A DNA stretch of 64,000 bases, taken from the human T2T-CHM13v2.0 reference genome, Homo sapiens. The translations under genes were made by a program, and so were the position numbers. The notes under the pieces are model-generated. The model searched no databases, was not told the origin of the DNA, and saw only the letters and a list, made by a program, of their open reading frames with translations. Location of the stretch: assembly GCF_009914755.1 (NCBI RefSeq), contig NC_060943.1; one strand, given 5' to 3'. Within the stretch, counting starts at the first letter, position 1; every line of letters starts with the position of its first letter. Positions 1-38,754 of this stretch are shown in pieces.

Positions 1-7
1 CCCCGAA

Positions 8-24
8 GCACGTGACTCCTCTCC
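8..24 (+). promoter_or_regulatory. RPS28: RPS28 start region: E-box (CACGTG) and 5'-TOP pyrimidine tract
   Basis: CACGTG at 9-14 (GTCACGTG on the minus strand, USF/TFE-type) followed by CTCCTCTCC at 16-24, about 30 nt before the ATG, in CpG-rich sequence; a TOP tract is typical of ribosomal protein mRNAs. Confidence 0.65.
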
Positions 25-49
25 GCCAGACCGCCGCCGCGCCGCCATC

Positions 50-594
<545 letters not shown>

Positions 595-790
595 GCTTGG
601 CTGCTCGCTGGTGGGTGCAAAGAGGACACCCCTTTGATAGACCTTTGGTTGGTGGTAGGGAGGCTTCGTTAAGCCCAGGGTGAGAGGGTTTGGGAGGCAG
701 AGTCTACATACAGAGACTGACAAGAGGGAGGCGGGAGTTTGCCAATTGCTGCGGGGCCTGTCAACATCTCATGTTTGGGTCTGTTTACAG

Positions 791-915
791 GGTCTTGGAT
801 GTCGGGTTCGACCACTTGGCCGATGGGAATGGTCTGTCACAATCTGCTCCTTTTTTTTGTCCGCCACACGTAACTGAGATGCTCCTTTAAATAAAGCGTT
901 TGTGTTTCAAGTTAA
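791..915 (+). other. RPS28: RPS28 non-coding last exon (3' UTR) with proximal poly(A) signal
   Basis: Donor after 610 (gtgggt), acceptor tttacag at 784-790, AATAAA 890-895; 3' end position approximate. Confidence 0.85.
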
Positions 916-1114
916 CTCAGGTTCTTGTCTGGGTTATACGACTAGGGTTTCTCCAGGTTTCTTGAGTGGCTCCCAGGCGGTCACCGATCCTCCGCACTCT
1001 GGAAATCCTGGCCGTGCGGTCTTGCCAAACGAAGCTTTTCCTTTTTGAGGCGGGGGGTCGTGTTTGTCGATTGCACCCTCTACCCCAAACAAAACACAAG
1101 CGTAGTAGGAATGT

Positions 1115-1120
1115 TTTATT
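1115..1120 (-). terminator. KANK3: KANK3 poly(A) signal
   Basis: TTTATT on plus = AATAAA on minus, 230 nt after the KANK3 stop, followed by a GT-rich element on minus (tgtgttttgtttgg). Confidence 0.8.
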
Positions 1121-1349
1121 AGCAAAGAAGTTTCAGAGAGTGGGTGGATCAGGGCTCTATCACTTGGTCCCCACCTCACCTTGGTGGGGCCAGAGTGAGC
1201 CCCTTCCTGCCACAGTCACCCCAACTGAAATTGCCTTTCTCTTCGGCCAGTGTTAGCAGGGGACCCTGGACCCTTCTGTGCGCCAAAGGCTGAGGTGACT
1301 GACGAGGAGATCTCCCCACAGCTAGGTGTAGTGAGCCAGACGAGGCAGC

Positions 1350-16288
<14,939 letters not shown>

Positions 16289-16390
16289 GTTTCCTGCAGC
16301 AGCTGTCAGAGGCACCCTGCAAAAGGGGTGAAGGTGGGGCTGGGCGCTGTCCCTCTGGCTGGAGCCTCTGGGGCCTGCCTTTGAGTCTAA

Positions 16391-16780
<390 letters not shown>

Positions 16781-17151
16781 TAGCCGACCTTGAAACTTTG
16801 GATGGAATGAATGATCCCCAGGTGTCAGATGTCAGCCTGCTGGGCAGGAGGAAGCAGGAAAGACATCAAGCAAAAAGAAGAAGGTGACCAAGAAAACAAG
16901 GGTAGCTGGGAGTTGGGGAGGCATTCCAGACCTGCTGGGTTTTCTGATAATCTCTGGGGAAAATCAGAAATGGACGCTCTATGTAGTGGACTATGAGCCT
17001 TTAGGAAAGAAAGACCAGAGTTGGAAGCCCTTCACAGGATCATTAAAAACTCATCTAGGCCGGGCGCGGTGGCTCACGCCTGTAATCCCAGCACTTTGGG
17101 AGGCCGAGGTGGGCAGATCATGAGGTCAGGAGATCGAGACCATCCTGGTTA

Positions 17152-17504
<353 letters not shown>

Positions 17505-17841
17505 TCACAGGCTTGATCCTTGGCTTGTAAGAGTTTGTAATGCAAACACAAAACACCTGGGTTGTCAGAGCTGTGACTATTCATGGGGCTGCCTGGGAAA
17601 GTGACTGTTTGGATGACATGATGGAGGCTGTAAGAAAGTGAGGAAGATTGGGCCACATATAATAATGTGATATTTAATAAGGACAAATATTGAATCCAGA
17701 ACTTTGGTTCAAAAAGCACAGGGTGAAATCTCAGCACTCTGGGAAGCCAAAGCAGAAGGATCGCTTGAGCCTAGGAGTCAAGACCCACCTGCGCAACATA
17801 GCGAGACCCTATCTCTTTTTGTGTTTTTTTTTTTTTTTTGA

Positions 17842-17946
<105 letters not shown>

Positions 17947-17988
17947 TGAGTAGCTGGGATTACAGCCACTGCTACTATACCTGGCTAA

Positions 17989-18147
<159 letters not shown>

Positions 18148-18228
18148 TAAATAGCGAAACCACCAAGCACAGTGGCTCACAAGCCATTGCTCTCCAGCCT
18201 GGGCAACAAGAGCGAAGCTCTGTCTCTA

Positions 18229-18822
<594 letters not shown>

Positions 18823-19791
18823 TCATATTTTACAGATGGAGAAACTGAGGCACAGAACAATTAAATCAGTTGCCTGTGGGAAGCACCCTCAGATTGGGCT
18901 CTGCCCATCTGCGGAACCCTTGTCAGCAGGTCCCTGCCACAGCTTCTGACTGCCCTTTACCTGTCCAGTCCTCCACTGACAGGCATCTGCCAAACCCACT
19001 TCATCCTCTCCCTGGGCCACGGCCCGTCTGTGCTAACCACATGGCAACACTCCCAGCCACCCCTTCTGGCTTCTCGAATCCCTGGGACCACCTGTGTGCC
19101 TGATGCTATGAAGCACTGAGCACCCACCAGCCCTCCTGACTCATTACCCTACTCCACCGCTGGGGAAACCGTAACTCCATTTCCCACTTCTGTCTGGCCG
19201 AGGTCCCTGACCTCTCCCTTCCCACTCCAAGGCCAGGCAGGGGGCCTCTTCCAGTCCCCAAGCAGCTGTTTCCCGTCCCTTCACACCGGCTGCAAGGGGT
19301 GGATCAACAGGCCAGCGGGTCATCGCAGAGGACAGCCAATGCCGTTCATCACTTGTTTTCAGGAAATTGCCAGGGAAGAACTGGGTTGTGGAAAAAGTCC
19401 AGATCAAGGGTTGGGGGGTCTGGGTCTACTTCTCACACAGCTGGCCGTATGACGCAATGGGGTCAGCGTCCTCCTCCGGTGACCTGGTCACACCCAAATC
19501 CCAGGCCCTGGGATCTCAGAAGACAGCTGTGGGCCATTCCTAAGACCTAAACTAGCTGAAGCAGTTGGATCCAGAGGCTGGGCTAAGAAAGGAATGGATC
19601 CCTCCAGAATGTCAAATAATAACAACGCTTTTGATATTTACTATGGGCCAGCCTCTAGTCTAAGGAATTTATGGATATTTACTTTTTTTTTTTTTTTTTA
19701 AGAGGCAATGTCTCGCTCACTCTGTCACCCAGGCTGGAGTCAGTGGCTCGATCATAGCTCACTGTGGCCTTGAACCCCTGAGCTCAAGTGA

Positions 19792-20229
<438 letters not shown>

Positions 20230-20899
20230 TGAGCTACTGCACCTGACCTTGACTTATTTTTTAAAATCCTAGCTAAATCCACTGAGGTTGGATTTCCTAT
20301 GATCATTGTCCCTTCCCCTATTGTACAGATGGAGAAACTGAGACACAGAACAGTTTAGTGTCCTGCCTGGGTCCTGTCATAAACAGGCAGAGGCAGGTTT
20401 TAAACCCAGGCAGGTCTTCCAGAGTCCTTGCTTTGGCCACTACACTTGAATGCTTTCTTTTATTTTTATTTTTGAGACGGAGTCTCTGTCATCCAGGCTG
20501 GAGTGCAGTGGCAGGATCTCGGCTCACTGCAACCTCTGAGCCCAGGGTTCAAGCGACTCTCCTGCCTCAGCATCCTGAGTAGCTGGGATTACAGGCACTT
20601 GCCACCACAGCTGGCTAATTTTTGAATTTTTAGTAGAGACGGGTTTCATCATGTTGGTCAGTCTGGTCTCAAACTCCTGACCTCAAGAGATCAGCCCTAC
20701 TTGACCTCCCAAAGTGCTGGGATAACAGGCATGAACCACCAAGGAGCCTCAGGGGGCTTGTCCCTCCCAGCCTACACCTGTGTCAGACTCTGATTGGGGG
20801 CGGAGGTGCCCACCACCTCTGCGGCTTCAGGGGCTGGGGCCTCACTAAGTGGGGCGTTTAGCTGCCTTCCCTCTCCTCCGCTCCCTGCCCTGACTGTCA

Positions 20900-21950
20900 C
20901 AGCTAGATCCGGATTCTGTGCCTGAGACCCCCTCATTAGGCCGTCAGAGCCGACGCCACACGCCCCCTCTCCCGCCCCAGGGACTATTTTGGGACGCAGA
21001 GCTGTGATCACCAAACCGGAGTGGTGGGGGCCACGGCAGGCCAGTGAGGATCCCAGTCCTGGGGAGAGGGCGCCTTCCAGGAGGCCCTGAGTACTGGCCG
21101 CCCCTGATGTCTGCTGGGACTCTCAGACTCTTGAGGTGGGTGGGTGGGGGACCGGTGGCGGCAGGAAGGTGGGTGTTAAAGTCATCATCACCCGTCCACC
21201 CCCAGGTCGTCCTAGCCGCACAGAGACAGAGCAGTTTCCTACAGGAAGCGCCGCCGGGCGGTTCCATCCGCTACCCATTGTCTGCGGGTCCGGGGGCCGT
21301 GCGTCCCTCCCCAAAACACCATTTCCGTGACACGCTCCCACACCCAGCCCAGCGCGAGGGGCTGGCTGGGGTCCCCAGGCCGTCCCGGGAAAGGGTCCCA
21401 GGGCCGGTTGTGGCATTAGGGAGCGAACGAGCCCCGCAGTGAGCTCCCGAAGGGCGAGAGGGGGGCAAGCCCACGCCTCCAGAGCCCCCCACTCTGCTCG
21501 CTACCCACCTGGGACTTCCAATGTGGGAGGGGTCCCGGCCAGAGGACACGACGCCCGCCCCGTCGCAGCGGGCAGAGCCCTCAGTGGGGCTGGAAACGCA
21601 GCGCAGCGCCGGGTCCCGGTGCGTCCCCGAATCCACCCACCCAGGGGTCCCCCATCCGTGTCCCCGCAAGCTGGCAATTTACCTGAAGCCGCAGCCCCAG
21701 CCGCGCCCGCACCCGAGCCCGCCCCCTCGAAGTCCGGGGACTGATTATCAAGGCCTTCGCCCTAACTGACGGCCACGCCAGCCAACCAGCACCCGAGGCT
21801 CTCCAAGCCGCCCAGTGGGACGGTGGGGTGGGACAGGCAGGCGGGGCCTGGAATGTAGGGGTGGTGACTGAGGGCGGGCCCTGGAGTGACGGTCGCCGAG
21901 CGCTGGCTGGCGGCATTTCTGCACCAGCAGAGGTCAAGTCTCTGCCCAGC
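20900..21950 (-). promoter_or_regulatory. KANK3: KANK3 promoter CpG island and non-coding exon 1 (about 21683-21715)
   Basis: CpG-rich block, GC-box (GGGGCGGG on minus at about 21718-21725), donor CAG|gtaaat at 21683; TSS position inferred. Confidence 0.7.
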
Positions 21951-22244
21951 GCCGGGCCAAGGAGCTTGGATTTGATCCACAGGCACGAGGGAGCCATGGG
22001 AGAACTATGAGTAGAAGAGTAACCCGGTGGGATTTCTATAACTGGCACTTATTTCGCAGTGCCTGGGTGAAGTATCAGGTCCCGGATCTTCCCCACCGCA
22101 GGGCCTCTGCACATGCTGTTCCACCTACCTGAAATGCTTTCCCTTGCACCTGTACACGTAGGTACTTTTTGAGGCTCCCCTACTGTTTTTTGTTTTGTTT
22201 TGTTTTTGTTTTTTGAGACGGAGTCCCAGGCTGGAGTGCAGTGA

Positions 22245-22412
<168 letters not shown>

Positions 22413-22941
22413 TGATCCGCCCGCCTCAGCCTCCCAAAGTGTTGGGATTACAGGCGTGAGCCACCGCGCCCGGCCTTCCCTACTTTCTGAGGTTCAGCTT
22501 TTGTGTTGCTGCCCCCTAAATTCCTGACATAGCCCCTCCCCAGTTAGTATTTTTCTCATCACTCTATTGTATTAACCTAATAGCTACTTTTACTATCTGG
22601 AAAAAAAAAAAAAAGCAGACTCTGTTATTGGCAGGCGCAGTGACTCACGCCTGTAAATCCAGTATTTAGGGAGGCATAGATGGGAGGATAGCTTGAGCCA
22701 GGAGTTGAGACCAGCCTGGGCAACATAGCAAGACCTAGTTCTCAAAACAAAAGAAAACAACAAAACAAAAAGACAAAAACGAAACACTCAGTTATTTATT
22801 TGGTTTATTTTTTAATTTAATTTAATTTTTCTTTAGACAGAGTCTCGCTCTGTCCCAGGCTGGAGTGCAGTGGTGCGATCTTGGCTCACTGCAACCTCTG
22901 CCTCCTGGGGTTCAAGCGATTCTCCTGCCTCAGCCTTCTAA

Positions 22942-23332
<391 letters not shown>

Positions 23333-24097
23333 TTATCCAGCGACCCTAGTACACAGTAGATGCTTAATAAATGTTTGCTGAAATAATGTTTTCTTTTTCT
23401 TTTTTGAGTCAGGGTCTCATTCTGTTGCCCAGGGTAGAGTGCTGTGGCACAATATCTCAGCTCACTACAAACTCCGCCTCCCAGGTTAAAGAGATCCTCC
23501 TGCCTCAGCCTCCCAAGTAGCTGGGATTACAAGTGTGTGCTACGCCTAGCTAATTTTTTTTATTTTTAGTAGAGACGGGCTTTTACTACTTTGCCCAGGC
23601 TGGTCTTCAACTCCTTGGCTCAAGCAATCCACCTGCCTTGGCCTCACAAAGTGCTGGGATCACAGGCATAAGCCACAGCACCTGGCCAGAATATAGTAAT
23701 ATTTTAAAATGTATTTTAACATCTGATACTTTTTAAAAAAAAACAAAATTCCTGGGCTATTTTAATTGGTTGATTCTTTCAGTTAAAACTGTGGAATTCT
23801 GTCGCGTTTCCCCACAGAAACTCCATTGGAATTTTCTTCTTTGTTCCTTTGAGACAGAGTTTACTCTGTTGCCGATGCTGGAGTTCTGTGGCAAGACCTA
23901 TGGCTCACTGCAGCCTTGAACTCCCAGACTCAAGCAATCCTCCCACCTCAACCTCCCGAGTAGCTGGGACTACAGGCATGTGCTACCACGTCCAGCAGGT
24001 TTCTTATTTTTGTAAGGACAGGGTCTCTCTATGTTGCCCAGGCTGGTCGCAAATTCCTGGGTTCAAGTGATTCTCCTGCCTCAGCCTCCCTAAATAG

Positions 24098-24447
<350 letters not shown>

Positions 24448-24494
24448 TGATCTGCCTGCCTCAGCCTCCCAAAGTGCTGGGATTACAGGCGTGA

Positions 24495-24593
<99 letters not shown>

Positions 24594-24649
24594 TGATATC
24601 GGGAGTTCGAGACCAGCCTGACCAACATGGAGAAACTCCGTCTCTACTA

Positions 24650-24808
<159 letters not shown>

Positions 24809-24809
24809 T

Positions 24810-24883
<74 letters not shown>

Positions 24884-24950
24884 GTAAAATAAAGCGTCCA
24901 TAGATGCACACACACAGCAGATTCAAGAAACCACATAAAACAAATGTATA

Positions 24951-26490
<1,540 letters not shown>

Positions 26491-26767
26491 CTGAGATGAA
26501 GGTCATCGTCGCCTCCACCCGGGCCAACCAACTGCACTTGCCAGCTACCCCAGAAGCGCCTCCGTGGACTATGTCCTAGTCACAGCTGCCCCTCACTCCC
26601 TAAGTAACCACTGTTTTGTGACTTTTATTTATTTGTTTGTTTATTTATTTATTTATTTTTGAGACAGAATCTCGCTCTGTTGCCCAGGCTGGAGTGCAGT
26701 GGCATGATCTCAGCTCACTGCAGTCTCCTGGGTTCAAATGATTCTCCTGCCTCAGCCTTCTGAGTAG

Positions 26768-27064
<297 letters not shown>

Positions 27065-27155
27065 TAGCCTCCTGAGTAGCTGGGAGACAGGTGAGCGCCA
27101 CTGCACATGTATAGTTTTATTATCCAAATGTGAATCTGTAGACACTGGAGTTTAG

Positions 27156-27440
<285 letters not shown>

Positions 27441-27506
27441 TGATCGACCAGCCTCAGCCTCCCATAGTGTTGGGATTACTGGCACGAGCCACCGCGCCCG
27501 GCCTAA

Positions 27507-27885
<379 letters not shown>

Positions 27886-27918
27886 TAGAAGCATTGCATG
27901 CCTGGGCATGGTGCCTCA

Positions 27919-28392
<474 letters not shown>

Positions 28393-28601
28393 CTACACTC
28401 ATTGTGTAGTTAGTTCAGGATGTTCTTCTGTCCTTGGTATTCCCTGCAAATTGGCGGTTGCTTCTAGAACTGGGGTCAGACTCAGATTTGATTACTTTGA
28501 CATGACTACTGATGGCGTTCTGTTCTTTCACTAGGAGGCTTGTGATGTTTGGCTGTGCCTCCTTTCCTCAGTCCAGTAGCCATCGAGAATTAACTCCTTA
28601 G

Positions 28602-28901
<300 letters not shown>

Positions 28902-29464
28902 TGACACTTTTAGAGAAGAAAGGCAAGATAAAAACCTGATTATTGGCCAGGTGCAGTGACACATTCCGGTAATCCCAGCACATTGGGAAGCTGAGGCAGG
29001 AGGATCGCTTGAGCCCAGGAGGTCGAAGTTGCAGTGAGCCATGATTGAGCCACTGTACTGCAGCCTGGGCAACAGAGTGAGACCCTGTCTCATAACATAA
29101 AATCATTATGGCTGGCACAGTGGCTCACGCCTGTAATCCCAGCACTTTAGGAGGCTGAGGCGGACAGATCACTTGAAGCCAGGAGTTCGAGACCAGCCTG
29201 GCTAACATGGTGAAACCCTTCCTCTACTAAAAACACACAAAAAATTTAGCCAGGCATGGTGGTGCATGCCTGTAGTCCCAGCTACTCCAGAGGCTGAGGC
29301 ATGAGAATCACTTCTCTTGAACCCAGGAAGCAGAGATTGCAGTGAGCCAAGATCACACCACTGCACTTCAGCCTGAAAGACAGAGACTCTGTCTCAAAAT
29401 AAAAAAGAAGAGAAAGGTAGGAGGGTCAGAGTTATAGAAGGTGTTATGATGGAAGCAGAGGGGT

Positions 29465-29528
<64 letters not shown>

Positions 29529-29673
29529 GAGAAAAGGAGATTGGAAATTGCGGCCAGAGTGGTGGCTCATGCCTGTAATCCCAGAATGTTGTGAGGCTGA
29601 GGCAGGCGGATCACTTGAGTTCAGGAGTTCGAGACCAGCCTGACCAATATGTTGAAACCCTCGTCTCTACTGA

Positions 29674-29763
<90 letters not shown>

Positions 29764-30552
29764 TGAAACCATCGTGGCTAACACGGTGAAACCCCGTCTC
29801 TACTAAAAATACAAAAAATTAGACGGGCGTGGTGGCGGGTGCCTGTAGTCCCAGCTACTCAGGAGGCTGAGGCAGGAGAATGGCATGAACCCGGGAGGCG
29901 GAGTTTGCAGTGAGCCAAGATCGCACCACTGCACTCCAGCCTAGGTGACAGAGCGAGACTCCGTCTCAAAAAAAAAAAACAAAATTTAGCTGGGCATTGT
30001 GGCGTGCGCCTGTAATCCCAGCTCTTCAGGAGGCTGAGGCAGGAGAATCACTTGAACTCAGGAGGCAGAGGTTGCAATGGGCTGAGAGTGCAGTATTGCA
30101 CTCCAGCCTGTGGTGGTGGGCGCCTGTAATCCCAGCTACTCAGAATCCCACCACAGGTGCTCAGCACACAGTAGACACTCAATAAATTTTCACTGAATGG
30201 AAAGATTGAAAGGTGATTTCAAGCTCCCTGCAGACCAAGAATTTCTGAAGAGTATTCCTGCCTAGCTAGCCAGTGGGGAGAGGTATAAGAAAGAAAAGGG
30301 GCCGGGCACGGTGGCTCATGCCTGCATGCCCAGCAATTTGGGAGGTTGAGGTGGGCGGATCACCTGAGGTCAGGCGTTGGAGACCAGCCTGGCCAACATG
30401 GCGAAACCCCATCTGTACTAAAACTAAAAAATGTATCCGGGCATGGTGCTGTGCACCTGTAATCCCAGCTACTCAGGAGGCTGAGGCAGAGGTTTCAGTG
30501 AGCGAAGATCGCGCCACTGCACTCCAGCCTGGGTGACAGAGCGAGACTCTGT

Positions 30553-30584
30553 CAAAAAAAAAAGAAAGAAAGAAAAGAGAGACA

Positions 30585-30615
<31 letters not shown>

Positions 30616-30862
30616 GAGGGAGGGAGGGAAGGAAGGAAGGAAGAGAGAAAGGGGGGAAAAGAAGAAAGAAAAAGAGGGAGGGAGGGAAAGAGAAAGAAAG
30701 AAAAAGAAGGAAAGAAAAAGGAAGAAAGGAGGGAGGGAGGGAAGGATGGAAGGAAGAAAGAGAGAAAGAGGGGAGAAAAGAAAGAAAGAGAGAGAGGGAG
30801 GGACGGAAATAGAAAGAAAGAAAGAGAAAGAAAGAAGGAAAGAGAAAGAAAGAAAGAAAAGG
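30553..30862 (+). repeat. GA-rich low-complexity repeat (Alu-tail expansion)
   Basis: About 310 nt almost purely purine. Confidence 0.9.
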
Positions 30863-31097
30863 AATTTTGCTTGCGTGGGTGAGGAAGATGCTCTTAGACC
30901 TCTTAAACAACTTCCCTCCTCCCCCACATTCCTAATACCCTGGGTGTTCATGGTAGAAAATGTGACCCTTCTCTCTCCCACCCTGTCCCAGGCTGAGGCT
31001 TGAGTCAGAAAAGAAAAGAGAGAGGGAGGAGGTTCCCGGGCACTCCAGAATACATTGAACCCCTTGGGAGCCACTTTCAGCTCCTTTGCCATTTTAG

Positions 31098-31503
<406 letters not shown>

Positions 31504-31527
31504 TGACACCCCTGACATGAGAGCTAA

Positions 31528-31887
<360 letters not shown>

Positions 31888-32084
31888 TAGCCAGGATGGT
31901 CTCCATCTGCTGACCTCGTAATCCACCCGCCTCGACCTCCCAAAGTGCTGGGATTACAGGCATGAGCCACTGCACCCAGCAGACATTTTTAAAAATTAGC
32001 TGGGGATGGTAGCATGTTCCCGTAGTCCCAGCTACTCAGGATGCTGAGATGGCAGAATTGATTGAGCCCAGGAATTTGAGGCTA

Positions 32085-32466
<382 letters not shown>

Positions 32467-32593
32467 TTACTCAGTCTTCTCGAGCCTCCCACAGCGGGCG
32501 GGCAGCCGCCAGGAGGCCTTGAACTTCCTCTCAGGCGCCTGGGATCAGCGGGAAAGGAGCGCGTCTGAGCGGCCAGAACAGCTGCTCTCGAGT

Positions 32594-32612
32594 TCACCAC
32601 CAGAGGGCGCTG
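32594..32612 (+). promoter_or_regulatory. Candidate CTCF binding site
   Basis: CCACCAGAGGGCGC (32597-32610) matches the CTCF core consensus, in a CpG-containing non-repeat island between Alus. Confidence 0.75.
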
Positions 32613-33176
32613 CTATCTAGGGTAAACCCCCCGGGGCCGCGGTTGTCAAACCGGGTATATACAGAGAAGGAATTTTCGGGGTGGGGGGTAGTGGGGGAAT
32701 CTATCTCTAGCTTTTTCTTATTGTTGTAAAAATAATTTCCCAAAAATAAAAATAGGCTGGGCGCGATGGCTCACGCCTGTAATCCCAACACTTTGGAAGG
32801 CCGAGGCGGGTGGATCACTGGAGATCAGGAGTTCAAGATCAACATGGTGAAACCCAGTCTCTGCTAGAAATACAAAAATTAGCCGGGCATGGTGGCCAGC
32901 AGCTGTAATCCCAGCTACTCAGGAGGCTGAGGCATAAGAACCCCCTGAAGCTGGGAGGCATAGGTAGTAGTAAGTCGAGATCGCCCCACTGCACTCCAGC
33001 CTGGGTGACAGAACAAGACGCTGTCTCAAATAAATAAATAAATAAATCGTAAATTACAAAACAATGACAAGCTTTAAAAATAGGCCAGGTACGGTGGCTC
33101 ACGCCTGTAATCCCAGCACTTTGGGAGGCCGAGGCGGGCGGATCATGAGATCAGGAGATCAAGACCATCCTGGCTA

Positions 33177-33410
<234 letters not shown>

Positions 33411-34199
33411 TCACGGTTTTGGGCACCGTTAATTCCAGCTAGTGAGCAGGCTGAGATGGGAGGATTTCTTGGGCCCAGTAGTTCCAATCCAGCCTTGGCA
33501 ACACAGCAAGACATCCCACCACCACCCCACGTGCCCTCCCCCGCCACCGTCTTAAAAGACAGAAAGAGAGATTCAATGGTTTGGAACTAAAGAGAACTAG
33601 GTTCAAATCTTTTTTTTTATCTCTTTTTTTGAGATGGATTCTGGCTTTGTCACCCAGGCTGGAGTGCAGTTGTGCGATCTTGGCTCACTGCAGCCTCTGC
33701 CTCCTAGGTTAGAGCGATTCTCCTGCCTCCGCCTCCCAAGTAGCTGGGAGGTAGCACTCACCACCATGCCCAGCTAATATTTTGTATTTTTAGTAGAGAG
33801 AAGTTTTCACCAGGTTGGCCTGGCTGGTCTCAAACTCCTGATCTCAGGTAATCTGCCCACCTCAGCCTCCCAAATTGCTGGAATTACAGACATGAGCCAC
33901 CACGCCTGGCCTAGGTTCAAATCTTGACCCTTCTGAGCTGTGTGACTTTGTCCAAATTCCTAAAGGTCTCAGAAGCTCAATTTATCTCCTTTCAGGGACC
34001 GACTTGAGGTTGAGATAAAATGGATTACACAAGTGTCTGATGGTGTAAAGGTGGCACTAAATAAATGTACGCTGCTACAGTTATTATTTCCTTAGTGACT
34101 TCATAGCTGTCTGCCCTGCAATGTACAAGTTCCCAGACTGGAAGGAATTATGGGGAAAAGCTAATAGGGGAGGGTGGAAAGGCAACCCCGTTCCCTTCT

Positions 34200-34470
34200 G
34201 AGCACCAGCCCAGATTCTGAGTCATCCTTTCTGCCCTGAGTGTTTGAGGTCCTGCTCTTGGGCTGACCTTTCTTGGTGACCTGGATGTGAGTACAGTGTG
34301 GCAGGAAGACTGTGGTTAGTTGCTGGGGGCGGTAGAGGCCAGTCACTGGACACGATGTGCCATTACATAGTCCTAACAACCTTGTGGGCTTGTCTGAGAA
34401 GAATCCTGCATGTCTCAAGCCAGAGAGAATTTTTCATGCTCTTCCTTGAACCTGAGTCATCTATTTCCTG
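34200..34470. promoter_or_regulatory. ANGPTL4: Candidate ANGPTL4 upstream (about -8.3 kb) AP-1/ETS/SMAD/RUNX enhancer
   Basis: TGAGTCA at 34218-34224 and 34453-34459; CAGGAAG 34302-34308, AGAC 34307-34310, TGTGGTT 34311-34317; position fits the recalled TGF-beta-responsive ANGPTL4 enhancer. Confidence 0.6.
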
Positions 34471-35265
34471 TACACTTTGTCTAGGACTCTGTCAAGCATC
34501 TCTCAGTCTTAGGACCCCTGCTCCAGGAATCCTTACCTAATGGGATTGACATCTTTTCTATACTCTTCTAGGCCTGTGTGCTTACCCCATTGCAGCATTG
34601 ACCATCTAGGATTCAACTTATGTAGTTAAATCTTAGCACCATTCATGGTGCCAATGAGCAAACAGATATCATGTGCCTCCTGATATCATACACTGAGAAG
34701 GACACAACATCACTGCCAAAAATACATAACAGGCACCTTAAGGGGAAGAAACATCTGCATCAGACAAATGCAAAATGGAGGACGTGCTACAAAAAACCGG
34801 TGTGTACATCTCGAAAATATCAGTGTTTGGCCAGGCATAGTGGCTTATGCCTGTTGTCCCAGCTACTCAGGAGGCTGAGGTGGGAGGATCACTTGAGCCC
34901 AGGAGGTTGAGGCTGCAGTGAGCTGTGATCTCACTGCTGCACTCCAGCCTTGGTGACAAAGTGAGACCGTGTCTCAAAAAATGCCAGTGCCCTGCCTGGT
35001 ATAGCGAATGCACCTGTATTCCCAGTTACTCAGTAGGCTGAGGCAGGAAGATTGCTTGAGTCCAGATTTGAGACCAGCCTCGGCAACATAACAACGACCC
35101 TGTCTCAGATTAAAAAAAAAAAAAAAAAGGACCAACAGGATATGACAATGAAATGCAGTGGATGATTCTGGATAGGGTCCTGCTCATAAAAAACATGGCT
35201 GTGAGGCCGGGCGCGGTGGCTTACGCCTGTAATCCTAGCACATTATAGTGTATCCGGGAGGATCA

Positions 35266-35532
<267 letters not shown>

Positions 35533-35699
35533 TCATGCCTGTAATCCCAGGTCTGTGGGATGCCGGGGTGGGAGGATCGCCTGAGTTCAGGAGTTCAAGT
35601 TTGAGACCAGCCTGGGCAATGTAACTAAACCCTGTCTCTACCAAAAAATACCAAAATTAGCCTGGTGTGGTGGCATGTGCCTGTAGTCCCAGCTGCTCA

Positions 35700-35846
<147 letters not shown>

Positions 35847-36420
35847 TCAGGTCATGCTTGACACAATTGATGAAACTGGAATATGGACCATAGATTAGAT
35901 AACAGTACTATGTCAGGGTCAAATTTCCTGAAATTGCTAGCTGTACCACGGTTATATAAACACTTTTTTTTCTTAGTAAAGGGCAAAAGGCACACGTTAT
36001 GTGTGCAATATATCCTTAAGTGGGTCAGAAAAAGAAGATGTACAAAAAAGTGTGTATTATCTCACCCTGCATGAGTGTATTATATAAATATATAAGAATA
36101 CGTCTCTATGTGAGTGTATTTTATCTATCTATGCACTTATGCACTTATGTATTACGTATACGTGTGTGTGTGTTGTTGTTGTTTTGTTTCTTGTTTTTTT
36201 TGTTTTTGAGACAGAGTCTCGCTCTGTTGCCCAGGCTGGAGTGCAGTGGCCTCATCTCGGCTCACTGCAAGCTCCACCTCCTGGGTTCACGCCATTCTCC
36301 TGCCTCAGCCTCCTGAGTAGCTGGGACTACAGGTGCCTGCCACCACGCCTGGCTAATTTTTTGTATTTTTAGTAGAGACGGGGTTTCACCATGTTAGCCA
36401 GGATGGTCTCGATCTCCTGA

Positions 36421-37014
<594 letters not shown>

Positions 37015-37017
37015 TGA

Positions 37018-37155
<138 letters not shown>

Positions 37156-37543
37156 TAATCTTTTATTTTTTGGAGGGATGGGGTCTCACTTTGTTACCCA
37201 GGCTGGTCTGAAATCCCTGATTTCAAGCAATCCTGCCACTTCAGTCTCCCAAAGTGTCAGGATTACAGGTGTGAGACACCCTGCCCAGCCTGTTTGTGTA
37301 TGTTATATATATGTATCTCTCTGTATGTAAGTGTGGCTCTCTCCATATATGTATATATATATCTTTATGTGTATTGCATATGTATGTGTCTCTGTGTGTA
37401 TTATATATATTTATATTTTATGTCTCTATGTGTGTTTATTTATTTTTTGGATACAGGGTCTTGATCTGTCCCCTAGGCTAGAGTGCAGGGGTGCAATCTT
37501 GGCTCACTGTAGCTTTGAGCCTCGACTTCCCAGGTTCAAATGA

Positions 37544-37763
<220 letters not shown>

Positions 37764-37869
37764 TAATTTCTGTATTTTTAGTAGAGATGGGGTTTCACCA
37801 TGCTGGCCAGGCTGGTCTCGAACTCCCAGACTCAAGTGATCCACCCACCTCAGCCTCCCAAAGTGCTAG

Positions 37870-38220
<351 letters not shown>

Positions 38221-38461
38221 TAAATTTTTTGTACAGACAGGGTCTTGCCATGTTACCCAATCTTGAACTCCTGGGCTCAAGCAGTCCTCCCACCTTGGCC
38301 TCCCAAAGTACTGGGATTACAAGCATGAGCCACCTTGCCTAGCTTAATGGCATTTACATTTGTAGTGAAATACACATAACAGGCTGGGCGCAGTGGCTCA
38401 TACCTGTAATCCCAGCACTTTGGGAGGCCGAGGTAGGCGGATCACCTGAGGTCAGGAGTTA

Positions 38462-38754
<293 letters not shown>

